A stretch of DNA of 53,558 bases from the NCBI GenBank assembly GCA_965213685.1, contig CBDBZY010000010.1:1-53558 (forward strand), given 5' to 3'. Below are positions 28,942-40,439 of the stretch, one piece after another. The DNA comes from a bacterium (GTDB lineage: Bacteria; UBA8248). Below the pieces are notes generated by a model. That model saw only the letters and a program-made list of their open reading frames with translations, was not told the origin of the DNA and ran no database searches. Position 1 is the stretch's first letter. Every line of letters begins with the position of its first letter. The position numbers were made by a program, and so were the translations under genes.

Positions 28942-30348
28942 TTGTCTACGGTACCGAACAAACCCGGCCTCGCGATTCACAGAAAAGAGGAGCGCAAGCT
29001 GCAATGGGGGACGATCTTCGTCATCGGGGTGATTCACCTGCTCGCCCTGATGGCGTTCGATCTCGATTACTTCAGCGTCTCCGGCCTCGTGGTGGGCGTC
29101 GTGATGTATTTCGTGTCCGGGATGCTGGGCGTGACGATTTGCTATCACCGGCTTCTGACGCACAGAAGTTTCCAGACGTATAAGCCGGTAGAGTATTTTC
29201 TGACGTTTTGCGCCTGCCAGGCGCTTCAGAGCGGCCCCATCGAGTGGGTGGCGATGCACCGCATCCACCACAAGGAGTCGGACGAGGAGCCCGACCCCCA
29301 TTCCCCCCTCGTGAATTTCTTGTGGGCACACGCCGGATGGCTTTTCGTCAACCTGCCGGACGCGCACACCTATGAGGAGTATTCGCGCTTCGCGAAGGAT
29401 TTGCACCGCGATCGGTGGCAGCGGTTTTTCGATCGGTTCTTTTTCGTCATCTATCTCCTGACGGCGGCGGCCATTTACCTCGCAGGGGAGCTCTATGGCG
29501 GCCTCGGCATGTCCTGGCTCGTCTGGGGCGTGTTCGTGCGGACGGTCTTCTTGTGGCACAACACCTGGGCGGTGAATTCGGTGACCCACACCTTCGGCTA
29601 CCGCAACTACAACACGGACGAGGAGAGCACGAACAACTGGCTCGTCGCGCTGCTCTCGTTCGGCGAGGGCTGGCACAACAACCACCATGCGGACCAGCGC
29701 TCGGCGGCGCATGGCCAGCGATGGTTCGAGATCGACATCACCTACCGCTTCATCAAGATCATGGAGTTGTTCGGGCTGGCGTGGCGGGTGATGGAGCCGA
29801 GCCAGAGGGTGGTGGCGAAGAGGCTCGACATCATGGTGGACAAAGAGGCGGTGCGCGCCGCCGACGCCAGAAAGTCGGATTTCCCGGGCGCCCGCCCCGG
29901 CGTGCTCCACACGATGACGGACCCGACAATTCCCCTGCAGGTGCCCCAGATGCCCTCGTTGGCCGAGGCGAGCGCCGCGGCGGTGAAATCCGCCCAGAAG
30001 GCCATGGAGTCCGTCGATATGGCGCTCGAGCATGCCGCGAAGGCGGTTCGCCACAAGAAAGACGCGGCCGACCAGGCCGTTGGCCAGATGCTGGAGAAGG
30101 GAAAGGATTTGGCGATGGCGGCCGTCGAGCAGGCGAAATACGCCGCGGCCGAGGCTGCGGAGTTCTCCGCGCAGGCGAGCGCGTATCTGGGGGATGCGAA
30201 GGAGCGGACGACGGAGTCCGCCCGCCAGGCGGCGGAGCGGGCGAAAGCCCTCGCACACGAGGCGGGCGAGGCGGCGAGCAGGGCGGCCGATGAGATTGCG
30301 GTCGCCTTCAAGGGAATCGACAGGCCCATCATCACCTCCGCCATATAG
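28942..30348 (+). CDS. delta-9-type fatty acid desaturase with a long Ala-rich helical C-terminal extension
   Basis: His boxes HRLLTH, HRIHH and EGWHNNHH, plus DPHSP and NSVTH. About 170 extra residues follow the desaturase domain. Confidence 0.9.
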   Translation: MSTVPNKPGLAIHRKEERKLQWGTIFVIGVIHLLALMAFDLDYFSVSGLVVGVVMYFVSGMLGVTICYHRLLTHRSFQTYKPVEYFLTFCACQALQSGPIEWVAMHRIHHKESDEEPDPHSPLVNFLWAHAGWLFVNLPDAHTYEEYSRFAKDLHRDRWQRFFDRFFFVIYLLTAAAIYLAGELYGGLGMSWLVWGVFVRTVFLWHNTWAVNSVTHTFGYRNYNTDEESTNNWLVALLSFGEGWHNNHHADQRSAAHGQRWFEIDITYRFIKIMELFGLAWRVMEPSQRVVAKRLDIMVDKEAVRAADARKSDFPGARPGVLHTMTDPTIPLQVPQMPSLAEASAAAVKSAQKAMESVDMALEHAAKAVRHKKDAADQAVGQMLEKGKDLAMAAVEQAKYAAAEAAEFSAQASAYLGDAKERTTESARQAAERAKALAHEAGEAASRAADEIAVAFKGIDRPIITSAI

Positions 30349-30363
30349 GCGGGGGCGTTCGGG

Positions 30364-30395
30364 AAAAAGCCGGGGCGCGCTGCTCCGGCTTTTTT
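30364..30395. terminator. bidirectional-type intrinsic terminator after the desaturase
   Basis: AAAAAGCCGGGGC-gcgct-GCTCCGGCTTTTT stem-loop with A and T tracts. Confidence 0.75.
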
Positions 30396-30553
30396 GCGCC
30401 TCCCGCCGGGGTTTTGGGGTTTCTTCGGGTGCATGGGGGCGCGCGCCTGCGGGAGCCCCCCGAATGATATGGCGGGGCCCCTTTGCGGAAGGCGCGCGCC
30501 CGGCCGCGCGGGGCGTCTGGCGCGCTCCCCGACAACAATGCCCGCCGCACCCC

Positions 30554-30582
30554 TTGACGCTCCAGCCTCCGGCTCCTAGATT
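30554..30582 (+). promoter_or_regulatory. sigma70-type promoter for ilvC, TTGACG-N17-TAGATT
   Basis: -35 at 30554-30559 and -10 at 30577-30582. Confidence 0.65.
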
Positions 30583-30701
30583 GTGGTCTCTTTTTTTGGC
30601 GGTCTCCCGCCCGGAGCCGACTTCCGGAGGGGCGGGCGCGCCTGCCGCCTCGTCGGGCGTTTCTTGCTTGGATGGTTGCGAACCCTGGAGGGCCATAGGC
30701 C

Positions 30702-31739
30702 ATGAATGAAGCGAATGAAGAGCAACTGCTAAAGGACCTGAAAATCTACTATGACGCCGACGCGGACCTGAATTTGCTGCAAAACAGGAAGATCGCCGTC
30801 ATCGGCTACGGGAGCCAGGGGCGCGCCCACGCCCTGAACCTGCAGGACAGCGGCGCGGACGTTGTAGTCGGCCTTCGGAAATCCTCCCCGCGCTGGAATC
30901 AGGCGGAGGATGATGGCCTCGAGGTGATGGAGACGGCGGAGGCGGCCCAGGCGGGGGATTTGGTCGTCATTCTCACGCAGGACCATCTCCAGCCCACGAT
31001 CTGGAATAACGACATCGCCCCCCACATGAAAGACGGCGACGCCCTGGTGGTCGCCCACGGCTTCAACCTGAATTACGGGCAAATCATCCCGCCTGACAAC
31101 ATCGACGTGGTGATGATCGCACCCAAGAGCCCGGGCCACACCATGCGGTTTCAGTATGAGGACGGGCGCGGGGTGCCCGGCCTGGTAGCCGTCTTTCAGG
31201 ACGCCACGGGAAAGGCCAGGGCCTACGCCCTCGCTTACGGGAAGGCGGTGGGTTGCGCGCGCGCCGGCATCATCGAGACGACGATCGAGGAGGAGACCGA
31301 AACGGACCTCTTCGGCGAGCAGGCCGTGCTCTGCGGCGGCATCACCGAGTTGATTCGCGTCGCGTTCGAGACGCTCGTGGAGGCGGGCTATCAGCCGGCA
31401 CTGGCCTACTTCGAGTGTCTGCACGAGGTGAAGCTGATCACCGACCTCATCTACCAGGGCGGCATCACCATGATGCGCTATTCGGTTTCGGACACCGCCG
31501 AGTATGGCGACATCACGCGCGGCAAGGTTGTCATCGATGATGCGACGCGGGAGCGGATGCGGGGAATCCTGAAGGACATCCAGACCGGCAGGTTCGCCAG
31601 CGAGTGGATCAACGAGAACATGGTGAACCGGCCGACGTTCAACACGGTGGTGCGCAAGGAGAAGGAGCACGACATTGAGGTTGTGGGCCGCCGCCTGCGC
31701 GCGATGATGCCCTGGATCCAGGAGCGGGAGGTGAGATAG
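30702..31739 (+). CDS. ilvC: ketol-acid reductoisomerase (class I)
   Basis: [51 protein letters not shown]. Confidence 0.97.
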   Translation: MNEANEEQLLKDLKIYYDADADLNLLQNRKIAVIGYGSQGRAHALNLQDSGADVVVGLRKSSPRWNQAEDDGLEVMETAEAAQAGDLVVILTQDHLQPTIWNNDIAPHMKDGDALVVAHGFNLNYGQIIPPDNIDVVMIAPKSPGHTMRFQYEDGRGVPGLVAVFQDATGKARAYALAYGKAVGCARAGIIETTIEEETETDLFGEQAVLCGGITELIRVAFETLVEAGYQPALAYFECLHEVKLITDLIYQGGITMMRYSVSDTAEYGDITRGKVVIDDATRERMRGILKDIQTGRFASEWINENMVNRPTFNTVVRKEKEHDIEVVGRRLRAMMPWIQEREVR

Positions 31740-31985
31740 GGGTGGGGGGGGGAGAGGCGGGAGGGGAGCCATACGCCTGGCGCGCGTCATCCCGCAGTCT
31801 TTCCTAGCGAGGCGGGCGGGAGGCTCGCTCCCCCCGGTGCTCCGCCCATCCCGGGCGCGCGTCGCGTTCGGCCTCTGTCCGCCGTCCGCAAGAGAATATC
31901 TTCGCCGGCGGGGCTCTCGGGGGCCCCGCCGGTTTTTTTCCGGGAAAAGCGGAGGGCAATTCGCCTCCCGCGCCCCTCATATCGC

Positions 31986-32014
31986 TTGAAAGAAACCGTG
32001 GCGCGTCGTATTCT
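31986..32014 (+). promoter_or_regulatory. sigma70-type promoter for the ccm operon, TTGAAA-N17-TATTCT
   Basis: -35 at 31986-31991 and -10 at 32009-32014, 40 nt before the ccmE ATG. Confidence 0.6.
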
Positions 32015-32053
32015 GTGAGGTGCGAATGGTTGCTGGCCGCCGAGAGGGAACGC

Positions 32054-32530
32054 ATGAGAGTTCGGAGAATCAAGTTTCTCATCGCAGGCGCAATCATCCT
32101 CAGCGCATTCGCCTATCTGGCGATATCAGGGTTTCAGAGCGAAAATCTCGTGTATTTCCTGACGGTCGACGAAGTTTCTCGAAAAGCCCCGACGCTCGGG
32201 GGCCGCGGCATACGGGTGCAGGGCAAGATCGTGCCCAAGACGCTCCGCAAGAATCCCGACGCCATGCGTCTCGCCTTTCACATGCAGGGGGAGAGGGGAA
32301 CCTTGCCGGTCAGCTACAAGGGAGTTCCTCCGGATTTGCTCGAAAACGGGTTTCCTGTCATCGCCGAGGGAAAGCTCGACGCCCGGGGCGTTTTGGTGGC
32401 GAGAAACCTGATGGTCGCGTGTCCATCGAAATTCGAGGAGATGAGAGAGGCGGGCCAAAGCATGCCGGCGGACCACGAGGGCTTGATGGAAAAAGCCGCG
32501 AGGCGCCAGAAAACGCGGGCGCAGCCATAA
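32054..32530 (+). CDS. ccmE: heme chaperone CcmE, Cys-type (CPSKF)
   Basis: N-terminal TM, VYFLTV, IRVQG, VSYKGVPPDLL, VIAEG, ACPSKF. Confidence 0.9.
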   Translation: MRVRRIKFLIAGAIILSAFAYLAISGFQSENLVYFLTVDEVSRKAPTLGGRGIRVQGKIVPKTLRKNPDAMRLAFHMQGERGTLPVSYKGVPPDLLENGFPVIAEGKLDARGVLVARNLMVACPSKFEEMREAGQSMPADHEGLMEKAARRQKTRAQP

Positions 32531-32625
32531 GCCCCGCGGTCTCCGCGGCCCCGGTCTCCGTGAAGAACGTCCCCTTGTCTTCTCCCATGCGTTGAACGTC
32601 CGCTCCATCCCGGGGGTTTTGGGGG

Positions 32626-34590
<1,965 letters not shown>

Positions 34591-34594
34591 GCGC

Positions 34595-35188
34595 GTGGAG
34601 ACTCTGGGCCTCCTCATCGCGGTCGGAGCGGTTGGCGCCGCCTTTTTGCACGCCATCTGGCCCATCATGCGTCCCGGCGCGGCCCTGGGCGTTCTGCCCG
34701 ATGGAGAGGATGCGGGGCTGCGTTCGAGTCGGGAGACGGCGCGCCTCCTGGTGGATCGGGATCAGGCCTACAGGAACATCGTGGACATCGAGTTCGACAG
34801 GGAGATGGGCAAGTTGTCGGAGGAGGATTACGCGCAGATGATGGCGCCCGCGCGGGCGCGGGCGGTGGAGGTGCTCCGGCGCCTCGACGCGAGGGGGGTG
34901 CGGGGGGGAATGGCGCCCCCTCGTGCGACCGGGAGCGAGGCGGTCGAGGCGGCCGCCCGGACGGAGGAGAAGAAACCGCCTTCCGCCAAAGACGCGGCTG
35001 AGCGAACGCTGGACGCGCGCCTGGAGGCGGAAATCCTGCGATACAGAAAGACGGCGGCGGACGCGCCATCGGGCGCGGCGGAGGCGGAGGCGAAGTCGAA
35101 GTCAAAATCCCTTTTCTGCACCGGGTGCGGCGGCCGCGTGGATGAGGCGGACAATTTCTGCGCCGCCTGCGGGCGTCGGCTCGGTTGA
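34595..35188 (+). CDS. ccm-associated membrane protein (CcmI N-terminal-like segment plus C-terminal zinc ribbon)
   Basis: TM helix, DIEFDREMGKLSEEDY, C-terminal CTGC...FCAACG. Confidence 0.7.
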   Translation: METLGLLIAVGAVGAAFLHAIWPIMRPGAALGVLPDGEDAGLRSSRETARLLVDRDQAYRNIVDIEFDREMGKLSEEDYAQMMAPARARAVEVLRRLDARGVRGGMAPPRATGSEAVEAAARTEEKKPPSAKDAAERTLDARLEAEILRYRKTAADAPSGAAEAEAKSKSKSLFCTGCGGRVDEADNFCAACGRRLG

Positions 35189-36099
35189 AGCGCGTCAGGG
35201 CGGCCCGGCCCCGAATCAGCCTCGCTCTGTGTTTTTTGCTCGTGGGCGGCCTCTCGTCCGGCCATGCGCAGGCACAGCCGCCGAGTCCCCGGGCCGCCGC
35301 GCCCCCCGCGGCCCGCAACGAAAGCCCCGGTGCCGCGACGACGGATCTCTCCCGCCTGAAGCTGAGACGCAACATCCTCACCATCCGGCTGGAGAAGGGC
35401 TTTTTCGAGGTCACGGAGATGATGGACTTCGAGAACGAGGGAGACTCCGCCATCGTCTCCAAAGGCGGGGTGCCCACGCTGCGCATCGCCCTGCCCAGGA
35501 GCAGCAACGTCAGAAACCCCCGGGCGCAGTGGGGGGCGGCGCCCATCGGCCTCGACCCGAAGTTCCTGCGCTCGGCGGGCGATGAGCTCCAGACGACGGA
35601 GTCCATCCCGCCGGGTCGGAAATTCGTCGTCCTGCGGTATCGCCTAGCGGATGAGTTTGGCGGCATCCGGGTGGAGAAGCCGATTCTCTACGACACGCCG
35701 ATTCTGGCCGTTCTGCCCGAGCGCGGGCGCGTGCAAGCCTTCACACAGGGCTTCGCCGCACAGCCCGCCGTGACGCTTCAGAACAGGGAATACGAGCGCT
35801 TCTCGGGCGCAGTCCCGGCGGGCGCGGTGGTGCGCATCGACATGAAGGCGCCGGATTCGGCGGGCGGCCTCGGGGTGTTCTACCTCGCGGGCGGCCTCGT
35901 GCTCGCCCTGGGCCTGGGGCTTGGGCTTCACGTCCGGAGGAGGAGGAACGCCGCCTTCTCCGCCCAGGTGGAGCGCGAGGAGACGTTGCGCGCCATCGCC
36001 CTGCTCGACGACAGGCTCGCGGCGGGAGATATTTCCCCGGAAGCGCACGCCCGCGAGCGGGCGCCGCGTTTCGAGCGCCTGAGAGAACTATCGGCCTGA
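35185..36099 (+). CDS. ccm-associated exported protein with a C-terminal membrane anchor
   Basis: Signal peptide, beta-rich domain, TM helix, then IALLDDRLAAGDIS..R. Overlaps the upstream stop. Confidence 0.7.
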   Translation: MKRVRAARPRISLALCFLLVGGLSSGHAQAQPPSPRAAAPPAARNESPGAATTDLSRLKLRRNILTIRLEKGFFEVTEMMDFENEGDSAIVSKGGVPTLRIALPRSSNVRNPRAQWGAAPIGLDPKFLRSAGDELQTTESIPPGRKFVVLRYRLADEFGGIRVEKPILYDTPILAVLPERGRVQAFTQGFAAQPAVTLQNREYERFSGAVPAGAVVRIDMKAPDSAGGLGVFYLAGGLVLALGLGLGLHVRRRRNAAFSAQVEREETLRAIALLDDRLAAGDISPEAHARERAPRFERLRELSA

Positions 36100-36109
36100 G
36101 GGGTGTTCC

Positions 36110-36814
36110 ATGCTGGAGGCTCTGGGCGTGTCCAGGCGGTACGGGTGGCGGTGGGCGTTGCGGGATGTGAACCTCGCCATCTCCGCAGGCGAGACCCTCG
36201 CCCTGATGGGCAGGAACGGATCGGGCAAAACCACGCTTCTGAAAACCCTTGCCGGCTTGCTGCGGCCCACGCGGGGGGAGGTGCGCGTGGGCGGCGCGCC
36301 GCTTTGCGGCGCGGTCAAGGCCGGAATCGGCATCCTCTCGCACGAACCCATGCTCTATGCGGGGCTGAGCATACGGGAGAACCTCGCGTATTTCGCCAGG
36401 CTCTTCGGGGTGGGGCGCGCGGAGGCGCCGGGGCGGGTGCGCGGGTTGGCGGAGGCGCTCGGCATTTCCGATCGTCTCGACGATCCCGCAGGCGTTTTGA
36501 GCCAGGGGCTTCGCCAGCGCGCGGGGCTCGCGCGCGCGCTTTTGCATGAGCCGGACATCGTGCTGCTGGATGAGCCTTTCTCCGGTCTCGACCCGGAGGC
36601 GGCGAGACGCCTCGAGGACGTCGTGCGCGCGCTTTGCGGGCGCGGCGATCGCGTCGTGGCGTTCACGACGCACGACCTCTCCAGGGCCTTCGGGATGGCG
36701 GACAGAATCGCCGTTTTATCCTCCGGAAGGATCGCCTATGAAAAGGAGGCCGGCCACGCCGGGCGGCGGGAGGTGCTGGCCGCGTTGGAGGCGCGCCCGG
36801 GGCGCGGCGGATGA
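36110..36814 (+). CDS. ccmA: heme ABC exporter ATPase
   Basis: GRNGSGKT, LSQG, LLDEPFSGLD. Lies within the ccm operon. Confidence 0.9.
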   Translation: MLEALGVSRRYGWRWALRDVNLAISAGETLALMGRNGSGKTTLLKTLAGLLRPTRGEVRVGGAPLCGAVKAGIGILSHEPMLYAGLSIRENLAYFARLFGVGRAEAPGRVRGLAEALGISDRLDDPAGVLSQGLRQRAGLARALLHEPDIVLLDEPFSGLDPEAARRLEDVVRALCGRGDRVVAFTTHDLSRAFGMADRIAVLSSGRIAYEKEAGHAGRREVLAALEARPGRGG

Positions 36815-37500
36815 GGCGTTTTCTCTCCGTCCTCTTCGCGGTGGCGGAAAAGGATTTGCGCCTCGAATGGCGGACGAGGGAGAGCGCCCTTATCATGGCG
36901 GTCTTTGCGCTCCTCGTGCTCACGCTGTTCAGCTTCGCCTTCGGCCCGGGAGGCGGAAGCGGAGGGGACGCGCGCGCCGCGCAGGCGGGGATTTTGTGGA
37001 TATCGTTCCTGTTCGCCTGCGTCGTCGGGCTCTCGAGGACGATGGGCGTGGAGCGCGAAAGCGCGGGGCTTTCCGCCATGTACGCAAGCCCGGCCGCGCC
37101 CTCCGCCCTGTATCTGGGCAAGGTGCTGTCGGCGGCCGTCCTGATGGGGCTCATGGAATTGGTGGGCTTTGCCGTTCTGGCCGTTCTCTACCGGGCGGAC
37201 GTTTGGAAATCGGCCGGGGCGCTTGCGCTCATCGCCGCCTCCGCCACCCTGGGAATCGCGGGGGCGGGCACCCTGTTCTCCGCCATGAGCACCCGCACGC
37301 GAACGCGCGAGGTGTTGCTGCCCGTGCTGATGTTTCCCGCGCTCGTCCCCGTCCTGATCGCCGCCGTGAAAGCGACCGAGGCCCATCTGGGCGATGGCGG
37401 ATGGCCGGATTCCAGAGATTGGCTTCGCCTGCTCCTGGTGTATGATGTGGTGTTCCTGGTGGCCGCCTCAGTGATTTTTGAGTACATTTTAGAGGAATAA
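36811..37500 (+). CDS. ccmB: heme exporter permease
   Basis: KDLRLEWR, GILW, LYLGK, REVLLPVLMFP. Confidence 0.92.
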   Translation: MRRFLSVLFAVAEKDLRLEWRTRESALIMAVFALLVLTLFSFAFGPGGGSGGDARAAQAGILWISFLFACVVGLSRTMGVERESAGLSAMYASPAAPSALYLGKVLSAAVLMGLMELVGFAVLAVLYRADVWKSAGALALIAASATLGIAGAGTLFSAMSTRTRTREVLLPVLMFPALVPVLIAAVKATEAHLGDGGWPDSRDWLRLLLVYDVVFLVAASVIFEYILEE

Positions 37501-37641
37501 CATCAATGCGTTATACGGGAATATCTGTTGGAATGCTTTATATGTGGGGACCAGCGCCTCCGCCCGCCCGGGCCGCCGCCTCCCGCGCCGAGGCTGCCAG
37601 GGTATTGTATGGATGGCCTCCGCCGGCCGGAGAGGCACTTC

Positions 37642-38337
37642 ATGCCGCGGGATGAACGGGGAGTCTTCAGGTGGCTGCCGACGCTCACCTTCTGCCTGCT
37701 CGCTTTCGCCATATACGCGGATTTGTTCATCGCCGGCACCGATGCGCTTCAGGGGCCGCCGCAGCGGATTTTCTACGTTCACGTGCCCTCCGCCTGGGTG
37801 GCGTTTTTCGCCTTTTTCCTGGTTTTCGTCTTCTCGATCCGCTATCTGGCGCGGAGGAACCCGAACGACGACATCCGGGCGCACGCCTGTGCGGAGGCGG
37901 GGGTCGTGTTCTGCACGCTGGTGCTCGTCACCGGTCCCATATGGGCGCGCCCGGTCTGGGGCGTGTGGTGGACGTGGGACGCGCGGCTCACCACCACGCT
38001 CATCCTGTGGATGATGTATGTGGGCTACCTGATGCTGCGCGCCTACATGACGGAGCCTGCCCAGCGGGCGCGGTTCGCCGCCGTGCTGGGGATCGTCGGT
38101 TTTCTGAACGTGCCCATCGTGCACATGTCGGTGGAATGGTGGCGCACGCTGCATCCCGGGCCGGTGGTCATGCGCCCGGGCGGGCTGCGGGACCTGCCCG
38201 GCTCCATGCACGTCGCGCTGTGGAGCTCCTTGCTGGCTTTCGCGCTCCTGTTTGTGTGCTTTGTCAGGAAGCGCGCGCGAATCGAGCGTCTGAACATGCG
38301 GGTGGAGGAGGCCCGCGCCGCGCAGGAGGAGGGATGA
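37642..38337 (+). CDS. ccmC: cytochrome c biogenesis protein CcmC
   Basis: IFYVHVPSAW, TGPIWARPVWGVWWTWDARLT, SVEWWRTLHP. Confidence 0.95.
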   Translation: MPRDERGVFRWLPTLTFCLLAFAIYADLFIAGTDALQGPPQRIFYVHVPSAWVAFFAFFLVFVFSIRYLARRNPNDDIRAHACAEAGVVFCTLVLVTGPIWARPVWGVWWTWDARLTTTLILWMMYVGYLMLRAYMTEPAQRARFAAVLGIVGFLNVPIVHMSVEWWRTLHPGPVVMRPGGLRDLPGSMHVALWSSLLAFALLFVCFVRKRARIERLNMRVEEARAAQEEG

Positions 38338-38470
38338 CGTGGGGTATGTCGTGGCGGCGTATGTGGTCGTCCTGGGCGGGCTTTTGCTGTATTGGTGGAC
38401 GCTCGGGGCGCGGATGGCTATGTTGATCGCCGAGGAGAGGCGTCTGACCCGAAGAGGAGACTCCCCGTGA
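38334..38470 (+). CDS. ccmD: CcmD-like small membrane protein (one G missing in the G-run at 38341-38344)
   Basis: Restoring one G gives MTWGYVVAAYVVVLGGLLLYWWTLGARMAMLIAEERRLTRRGDSP*. ATGA overlap with ccmC and GTGA overlap with ccmH. Confidence 0.75.
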
Positions 38471-38988
38471 CGCGCCTTTGTTGGCTCGCCTTGTGTCTCA
38501 CGGCCGCACTCTGGCCGCATCCATCCGCGCCGCGGGCTGCGGAGACGCCGGGCGCGAAGACGACCTTCTCCGAGGTGTCGAGCGCCATCATGAGCCCCGT
38601 TTGTCCGGGGAAATTGCTGCACGACTGCCCGAGTGCCGAGGGTGCCCAGCTGCGGGAGCTGGTGCGCCGCAAGATATTCGCCGGCGAGACGAAAGAGCAG
38701 ATCGTCCGGTATTTTGTCGAAACCTACGGGCAGGGCGTCTTGCCGAAACCGCCGGCGGAGGGCTTCTACCTCACCGCCTGGCTCCTTCCTTTCGGCGGGC
38801 TGCTGGCCGGTTTTGGGGTGGTGATCGTCCTGGTGAGGGCGTGGACGGGACGCCCGGAGCCAGAGGGAGCGCTCCCCCACGGCGCCGCTCTCGATGATCC
38901 TGCGGAGAGTCGCCCGCGCGGCGCCCCCATCCCGGGAGACTCCATGGAAGAGCGCCTGCGGCGTGAGATTCGTGATTTTGAGGGGTAA
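38467..38988 (+). CDS. ccmH: CcmH/NrfF family protein (MSPVC...DC variant)
   Basis: IMSPVCPGKLLHDCPS, GETKEQIVRYFVETYG..VLPKPP, WLLP followed by a TM helix. Confidence 0.85.
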   Translation: MTRLCWLALCLTAALWPHPSAPRAAETPGAKTTFSEVSSAIMSPVCPGKLLHDCPSAEGAQLRELVRRKIFAGETKEQIVRYFVETYGQGVLPKPPAEGFYLTAWLLPFGGLLAGFGVVIVLVRAWTGRPEPEGALPHGAALDDPAESRPRGAPIPGDSMEERLRREIRDFEG

Positions 38989-39023
38989 GTCGCCGCCTCC
39001 CGTCCGTCAGGGGATTTTTTCAG

Positions 39024-39701
39024 ATGCGCTATGAACCGAAACGCCAGCTCGCCAGAGGGCTGGACGGCTTCTCGAGACCGCGCGGATACTCCGGGTGGAG
39101 GCTCGCGGGCATGGGCGTCAGTCTCATTCTGGTGGTCTGGACGATGGCGTATCTGGGCGGTCAGGCCGAGGCGCCGGCGCGCAAGGCGGAGCGGAAACAG
39201 GGGGGAGCGGCGCCCGAGGCGGGGGACGCCGCTTTGTTGTTCCGCGACATGAGCTTCTTGAAGCAGGTGAAGCGCACCGCCGCCCCGCGCATTTTCCTGA
39301 AAACGCTGGACGGGCAAAACCATTCCCTGGAGCAGCACGCGGGGAAGATCGTCTTGATAAATTTCTGGGCGACGTGGTGTCAGCCGTGCGTTCGGGAGAT
39401 GCCCTCCATGGAGCGGCTCTATCAAAAGCACAAGGCGCGGGGATTGGAGATTGTGGCGGTATCGCTGGACCAGGGCGGGGCGGATGCGGTGCGCGAGTTC
39501 GCCGCGAAGCTGCGGCTGACTTTCCCGATCGTGCTCGACCCCGGGCACGAGGCGAAGGAGCGCTACAGGGTGCGCGGCCTCCCGACGACCTACCTCGTGG
39601 ACAGAAGGGGCCGGGTGGCGGGGTATGGCGTGGGGCCGCGTGAATGGGACGAGGAGGCGGCCTACGCCCTGGTGGGACATCTGCTCGATGAGAAAAGCTG
39701 A
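39024..39701 (+). CDS. TlpA/ResA thiol-disulfide reductase
   Basis: TM anchor, NFWATWCQPCVREMP, GLPTT. Confidence 0.9.
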   Translation: MRYEPKRQLARGLDGFSRPRGYSGWRLAGMGVSLILVVWTMAYLGGQAEAPARKAERKQGGAAPEAGDAALLFRDMSFLKQVKRTAAPRIFLKTLDGQNHSLEQHAGKIVLINFWATWCQPCVREMPSMERLYQKHKARGLEIVAVSLDQGGADAVREFAAKLRLTFPIVLDPGHEAKERYRVRGLPTTYLVDRRGRVAGYGVGPREWDEEAAYALVGHLLDEKS

Positions 39702-40293
39702 AAACAGGCGCCTCCAGAGAAACTCCGGCCCCGAGCGGCGCAGGGCGAAGCGCCTGGCCGTTTCGTTCGTTTTGACCCCGGTGCTGATCACCCTGCTTTG
39801 GGGCGTGGGCGAGCGCCTGACGACAAAGCGGGCCGGGGAGGCGCCCGCGCGCAGGCTCGAAATCGGCCAGCAGGCCCCGGGGTTCGAGTATCCGCTTCTG
39901 GGCGGGGGCCGCATGTCCCTGGCGGGCCAGAAAAACAAGGTGGTGCTCATCAACGTATGGGCCACGTGGTGTGCCCCGTGCCTGGAGGAGATGCCCGACC
40001 TGCAGCGCCTCTACGCCCGACTGAAAGACGAAGGCGTGCCCTTCGAGATACTGGCGGTGAGCATCGACGCCCTGGGGGCGGATGCGGTCGAGAAGTTCGT
40101 CGAACGCTTCGCCCTCACGTTTCCCATCCTCTTGGACCCGCGCGGGAGCGTGAAGAGGCGCTACCAGACGACCGGCGTGCCCGAGACCTTCATCGTGGGC
40201 CCCCGGGGCCGGGTGCTGCAAAAGATCATCGGCATCCGCAAGTGGGACGCCCCGGCGATTGTCGCGTATCTCAAGCGGGCGGCCCGCTCCTAG
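39688..40293 (+). CDS. second TlpA/ResA thiol-disulfide reductase
   Basis: TM anchor, NVWATWCAPCLEEMP, GVPETF. Confidence 0.9.
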   Translation: MRKAENRRLQRNSGPERRRAKRLAVSFVLTPVLITLLWGVGERLTTKRAGEAPARRLEIGQQAPGFEYPLLGGGRMSLAGQKNKVVLINVWATWCAPCLEEMPDLQRLYARLKDEGVPFEILAVSIDALGADAVEKFVERFALTFPILLDPRGSVKRRYQTTGVPETFIVGPRGRVLQKIIGIRKWDAPAIVAYLKRAARS

Positions 40294-40439
40294 GAGCGGC
40301 GCGCGGATATTTCCCTTATAGGCGGGGGGCTTCTCGACGCTTCGGACGCGCCGCCAGGGGCAACTTCCGCGACCTGTCTGCGGCGGACGCCGCGCAGGAA
40401 AACCGCCGCAGTTTCATTCCTCCCGCCCAGGCTGCGCGT

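Noticed and set aside
27736-30696. 986-aa minus-strand ORF that looks like a giant fusion
   Set aside because: Only the last 297 aa (the hydrolase, with its own RBS and ATG at 28629) are protein-like. The rest is the antisense shadow of the desaturase in GC-rich DNA.
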